Positions 1-10,040 are shown, counted from the first letter of the stretch. The stretch is DNA of 64,000 bases from Candidatus Latescibacterota bacterium (GCA_965243025.1 CBDETY010000003.1:5632001-5696000), one strand, 5' to 3'. Notes: generated by a model not told the origin, from the sequence alone. A program made the numbers and translations.

Positions 1-113
1 GATGGTTTAACGAGTGGCTCGACGAGCGATTCCGGCATGGGTCGGGGCTGGGAGGAATAGCGCACTTTTTCAATTTTATTCGCCGAGTCAGGCTCGCAAG
101 GAGAAAGGAACGC

Positions 114-863
114 ATGAGTTGGTCGGAAGAGGAGCTCCGGTCTTACCGGGACCGCGGCTACGCCCTGCGCCGCGGCCTGCTGTCTCCTGCCGAGGTGGAA
201 AATCTGCAGGAAGCCATGCCGCAGCTGCTCGAAGGCGACGGCGACGGCATGCACCGCGAGCGGGAGCGCGGCGGAGCGGTGCGGCAGGTCTACCTCGCCC
301 ACCGGTTCGTCGGCGCCTTCGCCGGGGTCGTCCGCCACCCCGCGATTCTCGAACCCGTGATGCAGATCGTCGGCGGGGACGTGTACGTCTGGCACAGCAA
401 GCTCAACGTCAAGGAAGCCTTCGAGGGCACCGTGTGGCTGTGGCACCAGGACTACGGCTACTGGATGTGGGACGGCGTCGGCCCGCGGCTGGTCTCGGCG
501 ATGGTCATCCTCGACAGGGCTACGGCGAACAACGGCTGCATGATGGTGGTCGCCGGCTCCCACAAGTGGGGCCGCCAGGAGCATTTCGCCGACGAGGAGA
601 CGACGAGCTACAGGCAGTGGTGCATCGACACCGGCACCCTCAGGGAGCGGCTGCGCGAGGAGCAGATCGAGCAGATCACCGGCGAACCGGGTGACGTGCT
701 GTTCTTCGACTGCAACCTCGTGCACGGCTCCGGGCACAACATGTCCCCCCTTCCGCGCAAGGTGTTCATAACCGCCTACAACTCCGTCGACAACAGGCCG
801 CGGCCGGTGGAGAACCCGCGCCCCGACTGGGTGGTGTCGCGCCAGTTCGACCCGGTGAGATAG
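114..863 (+). CDS. Phytanoyl-CoA dioxygenase (PhyH)/ectoine-hydroxylase-like Fe(II)/2OG dioxygenase
   Basis: WHQDYGYW (HxD), GDVLFFDCNLVHGS (distal His) and R in PRKV; GGAGAAAGGA RBS upstream. Confidence 0.9.
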   Translation: MSWSEEELRSYRDRGYALRRGLLSPAEVENLQEAMPQLLEGDGDGMHRERERGGAVRQVYLAHRFVGAFAGVVRHPAILEPVMQIVGGDVYVWHSKLNVKEAFEGTVWLWHQDYGYWMWDGVGPRLVSAMVILDRATANNGCMMVVAGSHKWGRQEHFADEETTSYRQWCIDTGTLRERLREEQIEQITGEPGDVLFFDCNLVHGSGHNMSPLPRKVFITAYNSVDNRPRPVENPRPDWVVSRQFDPVR

Positions 864-984
864 CGCCGGCTCTCGTGAACGGCCGGCGGTCCTTCTTCGA
901 AGCGCGGCAGCCCGGGGCCGGAGGGAGCCCCCGGAACCCCGTCGGCGACAGCGGCGGTTCTGTTGAGAAAAGCGAGAGACTGAA

Positions 985-2067
985 ATGACCGCCTCGGGTG
1001 ACAGGTCCGGGCTCGCTTCGTTCGACGTGGTGCGGCTCAACTCCGAGCTGTTCCCGGTCGGCGGCCTCGAGGCCGATCTCTACGAGCGCTTCGGGCTGCG
1101 GCCCCGGGAAGCCGAGGCCAACACCCCCGGGACGATCATTCCGCACGTGGCCGAATGCGACGCCCTGTTCGCCGTGTCGGTCGCACTGCCCCGCGAGGTG
1201 ATCGACAGCCTGCGCAACTGCCGGCTGATATCGCGCCTCGGCACCGGCACCGACAAGATCGACGTCGCCCGCGCCACGGAGCGCGGCATCGTCGTCTCCA
1301 ACGTCCCGGAGTTCGGGGTCGAGGACATGGCCGACCACACCATGGGGATGATCCTGTCGCTGCAGCGGCGCCTGCCCTGGATGCACCGCCGCATGCTGCG
1401 GGGGGAGTTTTTCGCCGCCCGCAGCGAGACCCTGGAAATCCGTCGGCCCGGGGAGTGCGCGCTCGGCCTGGTCGGGTTCGGGGCCAGCGCCAGGGCGGTG
1501 GCGGCGCGGGCGCTGCCGTTCGGGTTCCGCCTGCTGGCGACGCGCCGGAACATGCGGGCGCCGACGGCCGAGGCCGAGCGGCTGCGGGTGCGCATGGTCG
1601 ATCTGCCGACGCTGCTGCGGGAGTCGGATTACGTGTCGCTCCATCTGCCGCTCGATTCCGGCTCCTATCACCTCCTCGACAAGGAAGCCATCGCCCTGAT
1701 GAAGCCGGGGGCCTTCTTGGTCAACACCTCGCGGGGGGCGATCGTCGACGAGCCGGCGCTCGCTGATGCACTCCGGGAGGGCCGCCTCGCCGGCGCCGGG
1801 ATCGACACCTTCGAAGGGGTGGAGATTTTCACCCAGGACGAGCGCCCCCCCGAACACCCGCTGGTCGGGCTCGAAAACGTCATCCTGAGCCCGCACGTCT
1901 CCGGTCTGTCGCGGGCGGCGACGCGCACCTGCGCCGACGCCGGAGTGCGCAATCTCGTCTGCGCGCTGAGGGGGTGTCTTCCCCCTCCGGGCAACATCGT
2001 CAACCCATCGGTGGTTCCCCGGGTGCCGCTGGCCCCGCACGATCCGGCTCTGTTCGACGATCCGTAA
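985..2067 (+). CDS. D-isomer-specific 2-hydroxyacid dehydrogenase (CtBP/SerA-like)
   Basis: GLVGFGASA, SLHLPL, LVNTSRGAIVDE, ILSPHVSG motifs. Confidence 0.9.
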   Translation: MTASGDRSGLASFDVVRLNSELFPVGGLEADLYERFGLRPREAEANTPGTIIPHVAECDALFAVSVALPREVIDSLRNCRLISRLGTGTDKIDVARATERGIVVSNVPEFGVEDMADHTMGMILSLQRRLPWMHRRMLRGEFFAARSETLEIRRPGECALGLVGFGASARAVAARALPFGFRLLATRRNMRAPTAEAERLRVRMVDLPTLLRESDYVSLHLPLDSGSYHLLDKEAIALMKPGAFLVNTSRGAIVDEPALADALREGRLAGAGIDTFEGVEIFTQDERPPEHPLVGLENVILSPHVSGLSRAATRTCADAGVRNLVCALRGCLPPPGNIVNPSVVPRVPLAPHDPALFDDP

Positions 2068-2315
2068 TGCGTCCGGGGCAGGAGGAAGGCAGGAGGACCC
2101 TGCCTGCTGCCGCGGGCGAATGGGCTGGTGACTCTGATTCACCAACCCCAACGAAAAAGCGGATGCCCTGAGAGATATAAAGGGCACCCGCTACCGATTG
2201 CTGTCTCTGCTATTCCCCTGATTTGTTCAGCCAATGAAAACCCTGTCAACTCGTCCGTTCTGGTTCCACGGCATCCTCCATCTCCTCGAATCGCCAGAGG
2301 AAAGCAAGGATTATT

Positions 2316-2326
2316 AGCAATTTGCT
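2316..2326. promoter_or_regulatory. Palindrome AGCAA-T-TTGCT upstream of the TA operon, possible autoregulatory operator
   Basis: Perfect 5-bp inverted repeat in an AT-rich stretch about 35 nt before the toxin start; a further AAAGCAA at 2301 pairs with TTGCTTT at 2322. Confidence 0.3.
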
Positions 2327-2359
2327 TTATTTTGCGCAGGCCTTTTGTTTCATTTCCGT

Positions 2360-2632
2360 ATGGAACAGGCTGGGTACGAACTGACGATAAAAAAGCAAGC
2401 CATTAAAAGGTTGCAGAAAATGCCCCGTCAGAACGCCCAACGCATCCGCCGGGAATTGGATAAGCTGGCCGAAAATCCTGATCGCCCAGACCTCGATGTG
2501 TCTCCGTTGAGAGGCCGTCCCGGTTTCCGTCTGCGCGTCGGCGACGTGCGGATCATTTTTGAGCGGGACGACGAATCCCGCCTCATCGACGTACTGCGCA
2601 TCGCCCCGCGCGGCCAGATTTACCATAGGTAG
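2360..2632 (+). CDS. Type II toxin, RelE/ParE family
   Basis: YELTIKKQAIKRLQKM...LRGRPGFRLRVGDVRIIF...IAPRGQIY is a typical RelE pattern; about 90 aa. Confidence 0.88.
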   Translation: MEQAGYELTIKKQAIKRLQKMPRQNAQRIRRELDKLAENPDRPDLDVSPLRGRPGFRLRVGDVRIIFERDDESRLIDVLRIAPRGQIYHR

Positions 2633-2643
2633 GAGACCGACCC

Positions 2644-3012
2644 ATGGACGAGCCACAGGTCATTTTTGACCCCTCCGGACGGCCCGCATTCGCCGTGATC
2701 CCCTGGGACCAGTATGCACGTCTGCAAAACGACGAGGAAACACTCTTGAGCGCCGAAGAGCTGTATGACCTCGCCAAGGCAGAGGGGGGCGAGTCCTTCC
2801 CGATCGAGGTGGCGGACCGTCTGATAACGGGGGAAAATCCGGTCAAAGTGTACCGGAACTATCGAGGCATTACCCAAAAGGAGCTGGCCTCTGCGGCCAA
2901 CATCCATTCAGTGTACTTATCCCAGATCGAAACCGGGAAGAGAATCGGGTCGGCCAGGACGCTGGCGGCCCTCGCTCGTGCGCTCCACGTCACCGTGGAC
3001 GATCTGATCTAA
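2644..3012 (+). CDS. XRE-family HTH antitoxin (toxin-first, HigBA-like order)
   Basis: YRNYRGITQKELASAANIHSVYLSQIETGKR HTH_3; N-terminal PAFAVIPWDQY; AGGAG RBS; adjacent to the toxin. Confidence 0.88.
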   Translation: MDEPQVIFDPSGRPAFAVIPWDQYARLQNDEETLLSAEELYDLAKAEGGESFPIEVADRLITGENPVKVYRNYRGITQKELASAANIHSVYLSQIETGKRIGSARTLAALARALHVTVDDLI

Positions 3013-3185
3013 GTCGTTGCCCCCACCCCTGTCAGTACCCCGCTGGAACGTGTGACAGTCGAGCCGGGCCTGATCGCCGAAAACCACCACGTCGTTTATT
3101 TTGGTCCCCATTGTGTAGAATTTGAAGACAAGGGGGCCTGAGACGGGTTGCTCTTATAACTTTTTTGGTCCAGTGTGAGGCTGGG

Positions 3186-4004
3186 ATGAGCGATAAAGCA
3201 GGATTGCTGTTCGATCTCGAGGGAAAGGTGGCCGCCGTTTCAGGCGGAGCCCGGGGGTTGGGACGGGCCATGGCCCTCGCCCTGGCCGGCGCCGGCGCCG
3301 ACGTCGTGATCGCCGACATCGACGCCGGGGCGGCTGACGAAACGGCCGCGGAAATCGAAAGCATGGGCAGGCGCGCCGCCGCGGTCGCATGCGACATCTC
3401 CAGCCCGGACCAGATCGACGCCTGGTTCGAGCGGATCGACGGCTTGGGCCCGATAGACTTTCTCGGCAACGTCGCTGGCGGCGGGGTGCTCAAGGCCCCG
3501 GAGGAGCTTTCGCTCGAAGAGGTCAGGAAGGTGCTCGACGAGCTGGTCGCCTGCCGCTTCTACTGCTGCCAGCAGGCGGGGCGGCGCATGCTGGCGGCCG
3601 GCAGGGGGAGCATCGTAAACATCGGCTCGCTGGCGAGCGTCACGGCGCTGGGACGCGGGCACATCTCCTACAGCATGGCGATGGGAGGAGTGGCGCAGAT
3701 GACGAGGGAGCTGAGCACGGAATGGGCGGCGCGCGGGGTGCGGGTCAACGCCATCCTGCCGGCGCAGGTGCTCAACCCCGGGCTCGAGGAGCGCATGGAG
3801 AAGGTGCCGGAGCTGAAGTCCACCTACCTCGGCGGCATCCCGAGGGCCCGCTTCGGGCACCCCGACGACATCCGCGGGCTGGCGGTGTTCCTCGCCTCCG
3901 ACTCCTCCTCGTGGGTCACCGGGGCGCTGATCCCGATGGACGGGGGCAACCTGGCGATGAACGCCGGCGGCAGCTGGCCCGGCGGTCCGCGGGCGAGCGG
4001 ATAA
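3186..4004 (+). CDS. SDR-family oxidoreductase
   Basis: SGGARGLG, IVNIGS, GVRVNAILP; the catalytic YxxxK reads YSMAM. Confidence 0.88.
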   Translation: MSDKAGLLFDLEGKVAAVSGGARGLGRAMALALAGAGADVVIADIDAGAADETAAEIESMGRRAAAVACDISSPDQIDAWFERIDGLGPIDFLGNVAGGGVLKAPEELSLEEVRKVLDELVACRFYCCQQAGRRMLAAGRGSIVNIGSLASVTALGRGHISYSMAMGGVAQMTRELSTEWAARGVRVNAILPAQVLNPGLEERMEKVPELKSTYLGGIPRARFGHPDDIRGLAVFLASDSSSWVTGALIPMDGGNLAMNAGGSWPGGPRASG

Positions 4005-4032
4005 AACTGCGGCGCAACTGGACAACAGGCCC

Positions 4033-5010
4033 TTGAAACTTTCCAAAGAAACAGCGCTGGGGCTCTACCGGCAGATGCTGGCGATCCGCCGCACCGAGGA
4101 GCAGCACGCGCGCTCCTACGCAGCCGGCCACATCCTCGGCGCCTGCCACACCTACATCGGCGAGGAGGCGGTGGCCTCCGGCGTCTGCGCCCACCTGCGG
4201 GCCGACGACGCCGTCTTCAGCACCCACCGCGGGCACGGACACGCCCTGGCCAAGGGCGTGCCGATCCGCGAGGTGATCGCCGAGCTGTTCGGCAAGGTCA
4301 CCGGCTGTTCCCAGGGCCGCGGCGGCAGCATGCACCTGTTCTCCCCCGAGGTCGGCATGATGGGGACGAGCGGCATCGTCGGCCCCTGCATCCTGCAGGC
4401 CGCCGGCGCCGCCTACTCCTTCAAGCTGCTGGGAACCGACCGCGTCGGCGCCGCCTTCTTCGGGGACGGGGCGGTAAGCAACGGGGCCTTTCACGAGGGG
4501 CTGACGATGGCGGCAAGGTGGGAGTTGCCGGCCCTGTTCGTGTGCGAGAACAACCTTTTCGCCACCGAGATCGCCTTCTCTACGGCGACGAGCAACCCCG
4601 AGGTCGCCAACCGGGCCGCCGCCTACGGGCTGCCCGGGGTCCTCCTCGACGGCAACGACGCCGTAGCGGTGTACGAAGCGGCCGGGGAAGCGGTGGCCCG
4701 GGCCCGCAGCGGCGGCGGACCCACCCTGATCGAGTGCAGGACCTACCGCACCCGGCCCCACTCCGAAGGCATGAGGGATACCGGCTACCGCACCCAGGAA
4801 GAGATCGAGGCCTGGAAGGAGCGCGACCCGATCCCGGCGCTGCGCGCCAGGATCCTGGAGGCCGACCTCGCCTCCGGAGCGGAGCTCGACGCCATCGACG
4901 CCGGCATCCGGGCGGAGGTGAAGGAGGCGGCGAAGTTCGCCGAAGACTCGGCCTGGCCCGACCCGGCCACCATCTACGAACACGTCTACAGCGGACCTCG
5001 CGATGCGTGA
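4033..5010 (+). CDS. TPP-dependent dehydrogenase E1 alpha subunit (AcoA/PdhA-like)
   Basis: STHRGHGH, GRGGSMH, FFGDGA...ENN, TYR..PHS. Confidence 0.93.
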   Translation: MKLSKETALGLYRQMLAIRRTEEQHARSYAAGHILGACHTYIGEEAVASGVCAHLRADDAVFSTHRGHGHALAKGVPIREVIAELFGKVTGCSQGRGGSMHLFSPEVGMMGTSGIVGPCILQAAGAAYSFKLLGTDRVGAAFFGDGAVSNGAFHEGLTMAARWELPALFVCENNLFATEIAFSTATSNPEVANRAAAYGLPGVLLDGNDAVAVYEAAGEAVARARSGGGPTLIECRTYRTRPHSEGMRDTGYRTQEEIEAWKERDPIPALRARILEADLASGAELDAIDAGIRAEVKEAAKFAEDSAWPDPATIYEHVYSGPRDA

Positions 5011-5980
5011 GCTCACCTACACCGAGGCGGGGCGCGAGGGCCTGGGCGAGGAGATGGCCTCCGACCCGACGGTCTTCGTCGTCGGCGAGGGGATCGGTCC
5101 CCGGGGCGGCAACTTCAACACCACCACCGGCCTGCACGAGATCTACGGGGACATGCGGCTGCGCGACACGGGGATAACGGAGCGCGGGTTCACCGGCCTG
5201 TGCACCGGCGCCGCGATGACTGGCACGCGCCCGGTGGTCGACTACATGTTCCACGACTTCGCCCTCGACGCCCTCGGCGAGATCGTCAACCAGATCCCCA
5301 AGATCCAGTACATGAGCAGCGGCCGTCTGAAAATGCCGATCGTGCTGCGCGGCTGCATCGGCGTCGGCGGGGCGGCGGCGACCCATCACTCCGGCAGCTA
5401 CTATCCGCTTTTCGCGCACCTGCCCGGCTTCCGGGTCTGCCTGCCGAGCACACCCTACGATGTCAAGGGGCTGCTGAAGACGTCGATCCGCAGCGACGAC
5501 CCGGTGATCTTCATGGAGCACAAGTCGCTGCTCAACACCCGCGGCCCGGTCCCCGAGGAGGAGTACACCATTCCCTTCGGCGAGGCCTCGGTCCGCCGCC
5601 GCGGAGAGCACGTCACCGTCGTCGCCCTGACCACCATGGTCGGGCGCAGCCTCGAGGTCGCCGCCGGTCTCGAAGCCGAGGGAATCTCCCTCGAGGTCAT
5701 CGACCTCCGCACCATCGCTCCGCTCGACATCGACGCCGTTCTCGAGTCGGTGCACAAGACCGGACGCCTGCTGATCGCCGACGAGACCTGGGCCCCCTGC
5801 GGCATCGGGGCGGAGGTCGCCGCGCAGGTGATCGACCGCGGCTTCGACGATCTCGACGCCCCGGTCCGGCGCCTGAACGGAGCCCACACCAACATCCCCT
5901 ACAGCGCCCCGCTCGAGGCGGCCGTGGTGCCGCAGAAGGGGGACATCCGCGACGCAGTCCGCGAGCTGGTCGCCGAGTAG
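5003..5980 (+). CDS. TPP-dependent dehydrogenase E1 beta subunit (AcoB/PdhB-like)
   Basis: DTGITERGF, DDPVIFMEHK, EVIDLRTIAPLD, SVHKTGRL; overlaps the alpha gene by 8 nt. Confidence 0.93.
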   Translation: MRELTYTEAGREGLGEEMASDPTVFVVGEGIGPRGGNFNTTTGLHEIYGDMRLRDTGITERGFTGLCTGAAMTGTRPVVDYMFHDFALDALGEIVNQIPKIQYMSSGRLKMPIVLRGCIGVGGAAATHHSGSYYPLFAHLPGFRVCLPSTPYDVKGLLKTSIRSDDPVIFMEHKSLLNTRGPVPEEEYTIPFGEASVRRRGEHVTVVALTTMVGRSLEVAAGLEAEGISLEVIDLRTIAPLDIDAVLESVHKTGRLLIADETWAPCGIGAEVAAQVIDRGFDDLDAPVRRLNGAHTNIPYSAPLEAAVVPQKGDIRDAVRELVAE

Positions 5981-5988
5981 GAGCAGCA

Positions 5989-7074
5989 GTGGCGGTCGAC
6001 GTCGTCATGCCCCGCCTCGGGTGGACCATGGAGGAGGGCACCCTGGTGGAGTGGACGAGGCAGGACGGGGACGCGGTCGCCGCCGGCGAGGTGATCATGC
6101 TCGTCGAAAGCGACAAGGCGGTCACCGAGGTCGAGTCGTTCGACGAGGGCATCCTGCGCATCCCGCCCGACTCGCCGCCCCCGGGAACCACGGTGCCGAT
6201 CGGCACCCTCCTCGCCTTCATCCTGCAGCCGGGGGAGGAGATGCCCGAGGGACCGTCCGGGAGCCCACCGGAAGCCGCGTCCTCAGCCCCGGGGCCGTCC
6301 GGGCAAGCGCCGGCGGCTCCGGAAACAGCGCCCGCGGCCGCCCCTGTTCCGGCTCGGGCACCGGTTTCCCCGCGCCGCGGACGCCGCGGGCCGGCGATCT
6401 CTCCCCGGGCCCGGCGCGTCGCCGTCGAGCTCGGCATCGACTGGAAGCGCCTGAGCGGCAGCGGCAGGACCGGCCGCATCGTCGAGCGCGACGTGCGCGC
6501 CGCCGCCGAAACCGCATCCGCGGCACCCGCCCCTGCGGCGGCCTCCCAGGCCGTCGAGGTGGACGTGACCGCCTTCGCCGGCCACTGCGACCGGCTGGCG
6601 GTGCTGATGAAGCGGGCCCCTGTTGTTCCCGGCATGCTCGATCTCGTCCTGCGGTCTGTCGGCAGGGCACTTAAGGAAGCCCCGTCGCTGGCCGGAGCGG
6701 ACGCCGGCGTCCGCGTTCAGCGCGACCACTCCGCGGCGGTTCTGGAGCGGTTCCAGTCACTCTCCGTCCTCGACATCGGCAGGGCCCTGGCGGGGGAAGA
6801 AACCGCTGTGGCCGGGGATGTCCCTGCTGCGACCCCCTTCAGCGTGGTTGCCCTCGAAGACGTCGATGTGCTGGCCCCCGGGCTCACCCCCGGAGCCGTT
6901 GCCGTTCTGGGGCTGGGATCGGTGCGGGAGAGGGAGGGGGCCGGCGGGGAGAGGAAGTCGCTGAACCTGCGGTTGACTTACGACCTCTCGGCGGTGACCG
7001 ACGCGGAGGCGCAGCAGTTCCTGGGGGCGTTGCGCTCATACCTCGAAGACCCCTTCACCTGGCTTTCCTGGTGA
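5989..7074 (+). CDS. E2-like protein: lipoyl domain, E3-binding domain and degenerate acyltransferase domain
   Basis: GTG start after AGGAG; MPRLGWTMEEG...ESDKAVTEV (lipoyl Lys); ISPRARRVA...GSGRTGRIVERDV; C-terminus LTYDLSAVTDAEAQQFL in place of DHRxxDG. Confidence 0.8.
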   Translation: MAVDVVMPRLGWTMEEGTLVEWTRQDGDAVAAGEVIMLVESDKAVTEVESFDEGILRIPPDSPPPGTTVPIGTLLAFILQPGEEMPEGPSGSPPEAASSAPGPSGQAPAAPETAPAAAPVPARAPVSPRRGRRGPAISPRARRVAVELGIDWKRLSGSGRTGRIVERDVRAAAETASAAPAPAAASQAVEVDVTAFAGHCDRLAVLMKRAPVVPGMLDLVLRSVGRALKEAPSLAGADAGVRVQRDHSAAVLERFQSLSVLDIGRALAGEETAVAGDVPAATPFSVVALEDVDVLAPGLTPGAVAVLGLGSVREREGAGGERKSLNLRLTYDLSAVTDAEAQQFLGALRSYLEDPFTWLSW

Positions 7075-7404
7075 CAGGTGCCTGCGGGCGAAAGCTGGCG
7101 TTCGGACGGGGGCGCCGTTGGGGCGGGCCCGCGAGCCCCCCGAACGAAGTCTGCCGCTGGTGTTCCCGCCGAGCGAAGGCAACGCCGCGAGCCGGGCTCG
7201 AGGAGAATCGCACAGATGAAGGGGTTGGATTGAACCGCGGTTTCCTCAAGATGAGGCGGCGGCCTGATTCACGCGGGTTTGCGCCCGCAGGCATTTATTC
7301 AGACGCCGATCCGGTATTGAAATGACGCGATCGGTCCCGGCACGGGATGGCGCGGAAGCAGCGGCGCCCGGCGCCGCGGCGTGTTGTCCAGACGGGAGAA
7401 CGGA

Positions 7405-8145
7405 ATGAGGCTGGAAGGCAAGATCGTCGTTACGACCGGGGGAGCCACCGGCATCGGCGGCGCCACCGCTGAGCTGTGCGCGGCCGAGGGGGCCGTGTCG
7501 ATCATCCTCGACTACAACCGGGAGGAGGGCCCCTCAACCCTCGGGCGCATCGAGAGAGCCGGGGGCAGGGGGGAGTTCCACGAAGTCGACGTGCGCCGCG
7601 AGGAGCAGGTCGCCGCGGTGTTCGCGAAGATCGCCGCCGCCCACGGCCGGGTCGACGTGCTGATCTGCAGCGCCGGCGTGCTAACCGGCGCCCACCAGGA
7701 AATCACCGAGCTTGCCGAGGAGGACTGGGACACCACCATCGACACCAATCTCAAGGGGACGTACCTGACCGGAAAGCACGCGGCGCCCCTGCTGAAAGCC
7801 TCCCCGTCCTCGGTGCTGCTGCTGATCTCCTCGGGAGCCGGGGTGAGCGGCGGCAGCTCGTCCTACGCGTACGCGGCGAGCAAAGGGGGGATGCACGGGA
7901 TGCAGTACAACTTCGCCAGGGAGCTTCCCGGCACCCGGGTCCACGTCGTCTGCCCCGGAAGCATCGCCACCCCGTTGAAGCTGAAGAACATCGGACAGGC
8001 GGCCGAAAAGCGGGGGGAGGATCCCGGAGCCGCCATGGAAGCGGCGAAGAAGACCCTGGGAGACCCGGTGGGGATCGCCCGCGTCCTCGCTTTCCTCGCC
8101 TCGGAGGACGCCGACTACATCAGGGGCGACATCAGGACGCGGTAG
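7405..8145 (+). CDS. SDR-family oxidoreductase
   Basis: TGGATGIG, DVLICSAG, YAASKGG. Confidence 0.9.
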   Translation: MRLEGKIVVTTGGATGIGGATAELCAAEGAVSIILDYNREEGPSTLGRIERAGGRGEFHEVDVRREEQVAAVFAKIAAAHGRVDVLICSAGVLTGAHQEITELAEEDWDTTIDTNLKGTYLTGKHAAPLLKASPSSVLLLISSGAGVSGGSSSYAYAASKGGMHGMQYNFARELPGTRVHVVCPGSIATPLKLKNIGQAAEKRGEDPGAAMEAAKKTLGDPVGIARVLAFLASEDADYIRGDIRTR

Positions 8146-8485
8146 TCCCGGGTGCCTGTGCGTGCGGCGGCCGATGCGTCCGGGGCCGCAAAGGGGTGAG
8201 CGAACCGCCCGGATTGAGGGGTGAGCCGGATCGGCTGCCCGTTCGGTTTTGGCCGATATCCGCTACGAAGGCAAGGCGGCGATGGACCGGGCCCGCAGGG
8301 GCGGCTGAGGGAATCGTTCGCAGTGATGGGGCACGGGGAGTAAAGCCAGGGCGGCGAGCCCCCAGGGCCGTCCGGAACCTGTTTTCTCCGGATTGCGGAG
8401 GCAGGTACAATCACCCCGTTGAAAAAAGTCCATCCGGGCTGCGGCCGGCCCCTCCGGCCGAATTCCACGCGGGACCGCGCAGGTA

Positions 8486-9373
8486 CTACGGCATGATCTC
8501 CTTGCTGAGGACGGCGCGCGTCGTCACCGGGAACTCCCCGGGCTCGCAGCACTGGCAGATCTGCACGTCGGCGGCGGCGCTCATCAGCATGTAGGCATCC
8601 TCAAAGCCCAGGCCCATCCGCTCCTGCATGAGCAGGACCATCTCTTCGGCCGCCATTCTCGCCGCGGCCCCCAGATCCTCGTGGTCGCCTGTCGTTATCC
8701 AGGCGTCCTCGGTCTCGATCAGCGGCCGCCGCAGCGGCACCCCCTTGCGCAGCTCCACCCCGACCGTCACCTCGGCGCAGATCTCCAGCCCGATGAAGGT
8801 GATCTCGCCGTCCCCCATGGCGCCGTGGACGTCCCCGAGCGCAAGCCCGGCTCCAGGGACCGAGACCGGCAGGTGAATGCGGCTGCCGGCCGCGGCGTAC
8901 TTGTTGTCCATGTTGCCGCCGTGTGGTCCGGCGAAGGCGGTGGGTACGCCGTTCCCGGCGGGAGCCGTGCCGATGACGCCGACCATCGGGTGAGCGGGAA
9001 AGCGGACGCCGCCGAAACGGACGACTCCGTCCTTCACCTCGACGATGCGCGTGGCGTACTCCTCCGCGAGATGGGCGAGCAGTCCCTCCCCCTTCTTCAC
9101 CGCGAGGAAGCCGCGGTCGGCCAGGTCGATGGACTCGAGGTGAATGCAGAGGCTGTCCCCGGGCTCGGCGCCGCGCACCGCCACCGGTCCGGTCGCCGGG
9201 TTCGAGCCGTCCGGATGGGGGCGGTCGAGCAGGTCGGCGTCGCTGCGGATCGTTCCGGTGCGGGCGTCGAAGGTCTCGAACAGGACGGTGTCGCCGCTGT
9301 CGATGGCGGCGACCGGGGCCAGCGCCTTGTCGAGGCGGTACTGGATGTGGTCTCGGGTGATGCGGTGTATCAC
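8486..9373 (-). CDS. Acetamidase/formamidase family protein
   Basis: NPATGPVAVRGAEPGD, PHGGNMD, GDVHGAMGDGE; GTG start at 9373 is inferred. Confidence 0.88.
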   Translation of the reverse strand: MIHRITRDHIQYRLDKALAPVAAIDSGDTVLFETFDARTGTIRSDADLLDRPHPDGSNPATGPVAVRGAEPGDSLCIHLESIDLADRGFLAVKKGEGLLAHLAEEYATRIVEVKDGVVRFGGVRFPAHPMVGVIGTAPAGNGVPTAFAGPHGGNMDNKYAAAGSRIHLPVSVPGAGLALGDVHGAMGDGEITFIGLEICAEVTVGVELRKGVPLRRPLIETEDAWITTGDHEDLGAAARMAAEEMVLLMQERMGLGFEDAYMLMSAAADVQICQCCEPGEFPVTTRAVLSKEIMP

Positions 9374-9513
9374 GCCGCTGGGCTCATTCGGGGAAGATGC
9401 GGCTGGGGATTTTCGAGGGGACCGGGCAGGTGCCGGTTTCGCCTCCAACCAGGCGTTGTGAGGGGCAGGTCAGACGGCCGGAATCCGGTCGATCCGGCGG
9501 ATTGCAGGCCCCT

Positions 9514-9846
9514 TCAGATCTCCGCGGCTTCTTCGCCGCCGGTCCCTTCCTCGTCGGCCCTGAGCCGCTCGAACTCATCCTCCCTTTCCGACAGCTCCGC
9601 TTCACAGGCCCGGATCCGGTCGCAGAGCTCCTGCACCGCCGAGTCGTCGAGGCCGGGGATCCGGCCGGATTGCACGCCGCTGTACACCTCGTTCCCCAGT
9701 TCCGCCTTGAGCCGGGAAAGGCGGGTCTTGGCGGCGGCGATGTCGAGCCGGGCGCGGCCGAGCAGGGTCAGCTCCTCGGCCTTGTTGACGGCAAGCTCGG
9801 CTCCGTCGTGGAGCCCTCTCTTGATGGTGTCCCACATTTTTTCCAC
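9514..9846 (-). CDS. Hypothetical coiled-coil protein
   Basis: 110 aa, helical and charged, GGAG upstream, host-like codon usage. Confidence 0.65.
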   Translation of the reverse strand: MEKMWDTIKRGLHDGAELAVNKAEELTLLGRARLDIAAAKTRLSRLKAELGNEVYSGVQSGRIPGLDDSAVQELCDRIRACEAELSEREDEFERLRADEEGTGGEEAAEI

Positions 9847-10040
9847 GTCAGCTCTCCGTGTTCAGTGGCGCCTTTCCGTGCCGCGGCGCCCTCAGCCGAT
9901 GGTTCCGGCAAAGAAAAACCGCCGAAACACCTTCGATGTCGGCTTGCGGCATCGAATCGGCGCCGGCGGCGTTGAGGGCGGAGTCTCGCGAGCCGGCCTC
10001 CGGAAAGCGGCAGGGTCCCGCTTCCGGTTCCGGCGATTGA

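Noticed and set aside
114-863. Ectoine hydroxylase ectD
   Set aside because: Signature FxWHSDFETWH is not matched (WLWHQDYGYW) and no ectABC genes are present
5200-5988. Long N-terminal extension of the E2 ORF
   Set aside because: Overlaps E1 beta out of frame; a GTG with AGGAG at 5989 gives the normal lipoyl-domain start
7080-7160. GC-rich branched hairpin as an ncRNA or riboswitch
   Set aside because: No recognisable family motif; pairing is expected at this GC content; probably a terminator or REP-like element
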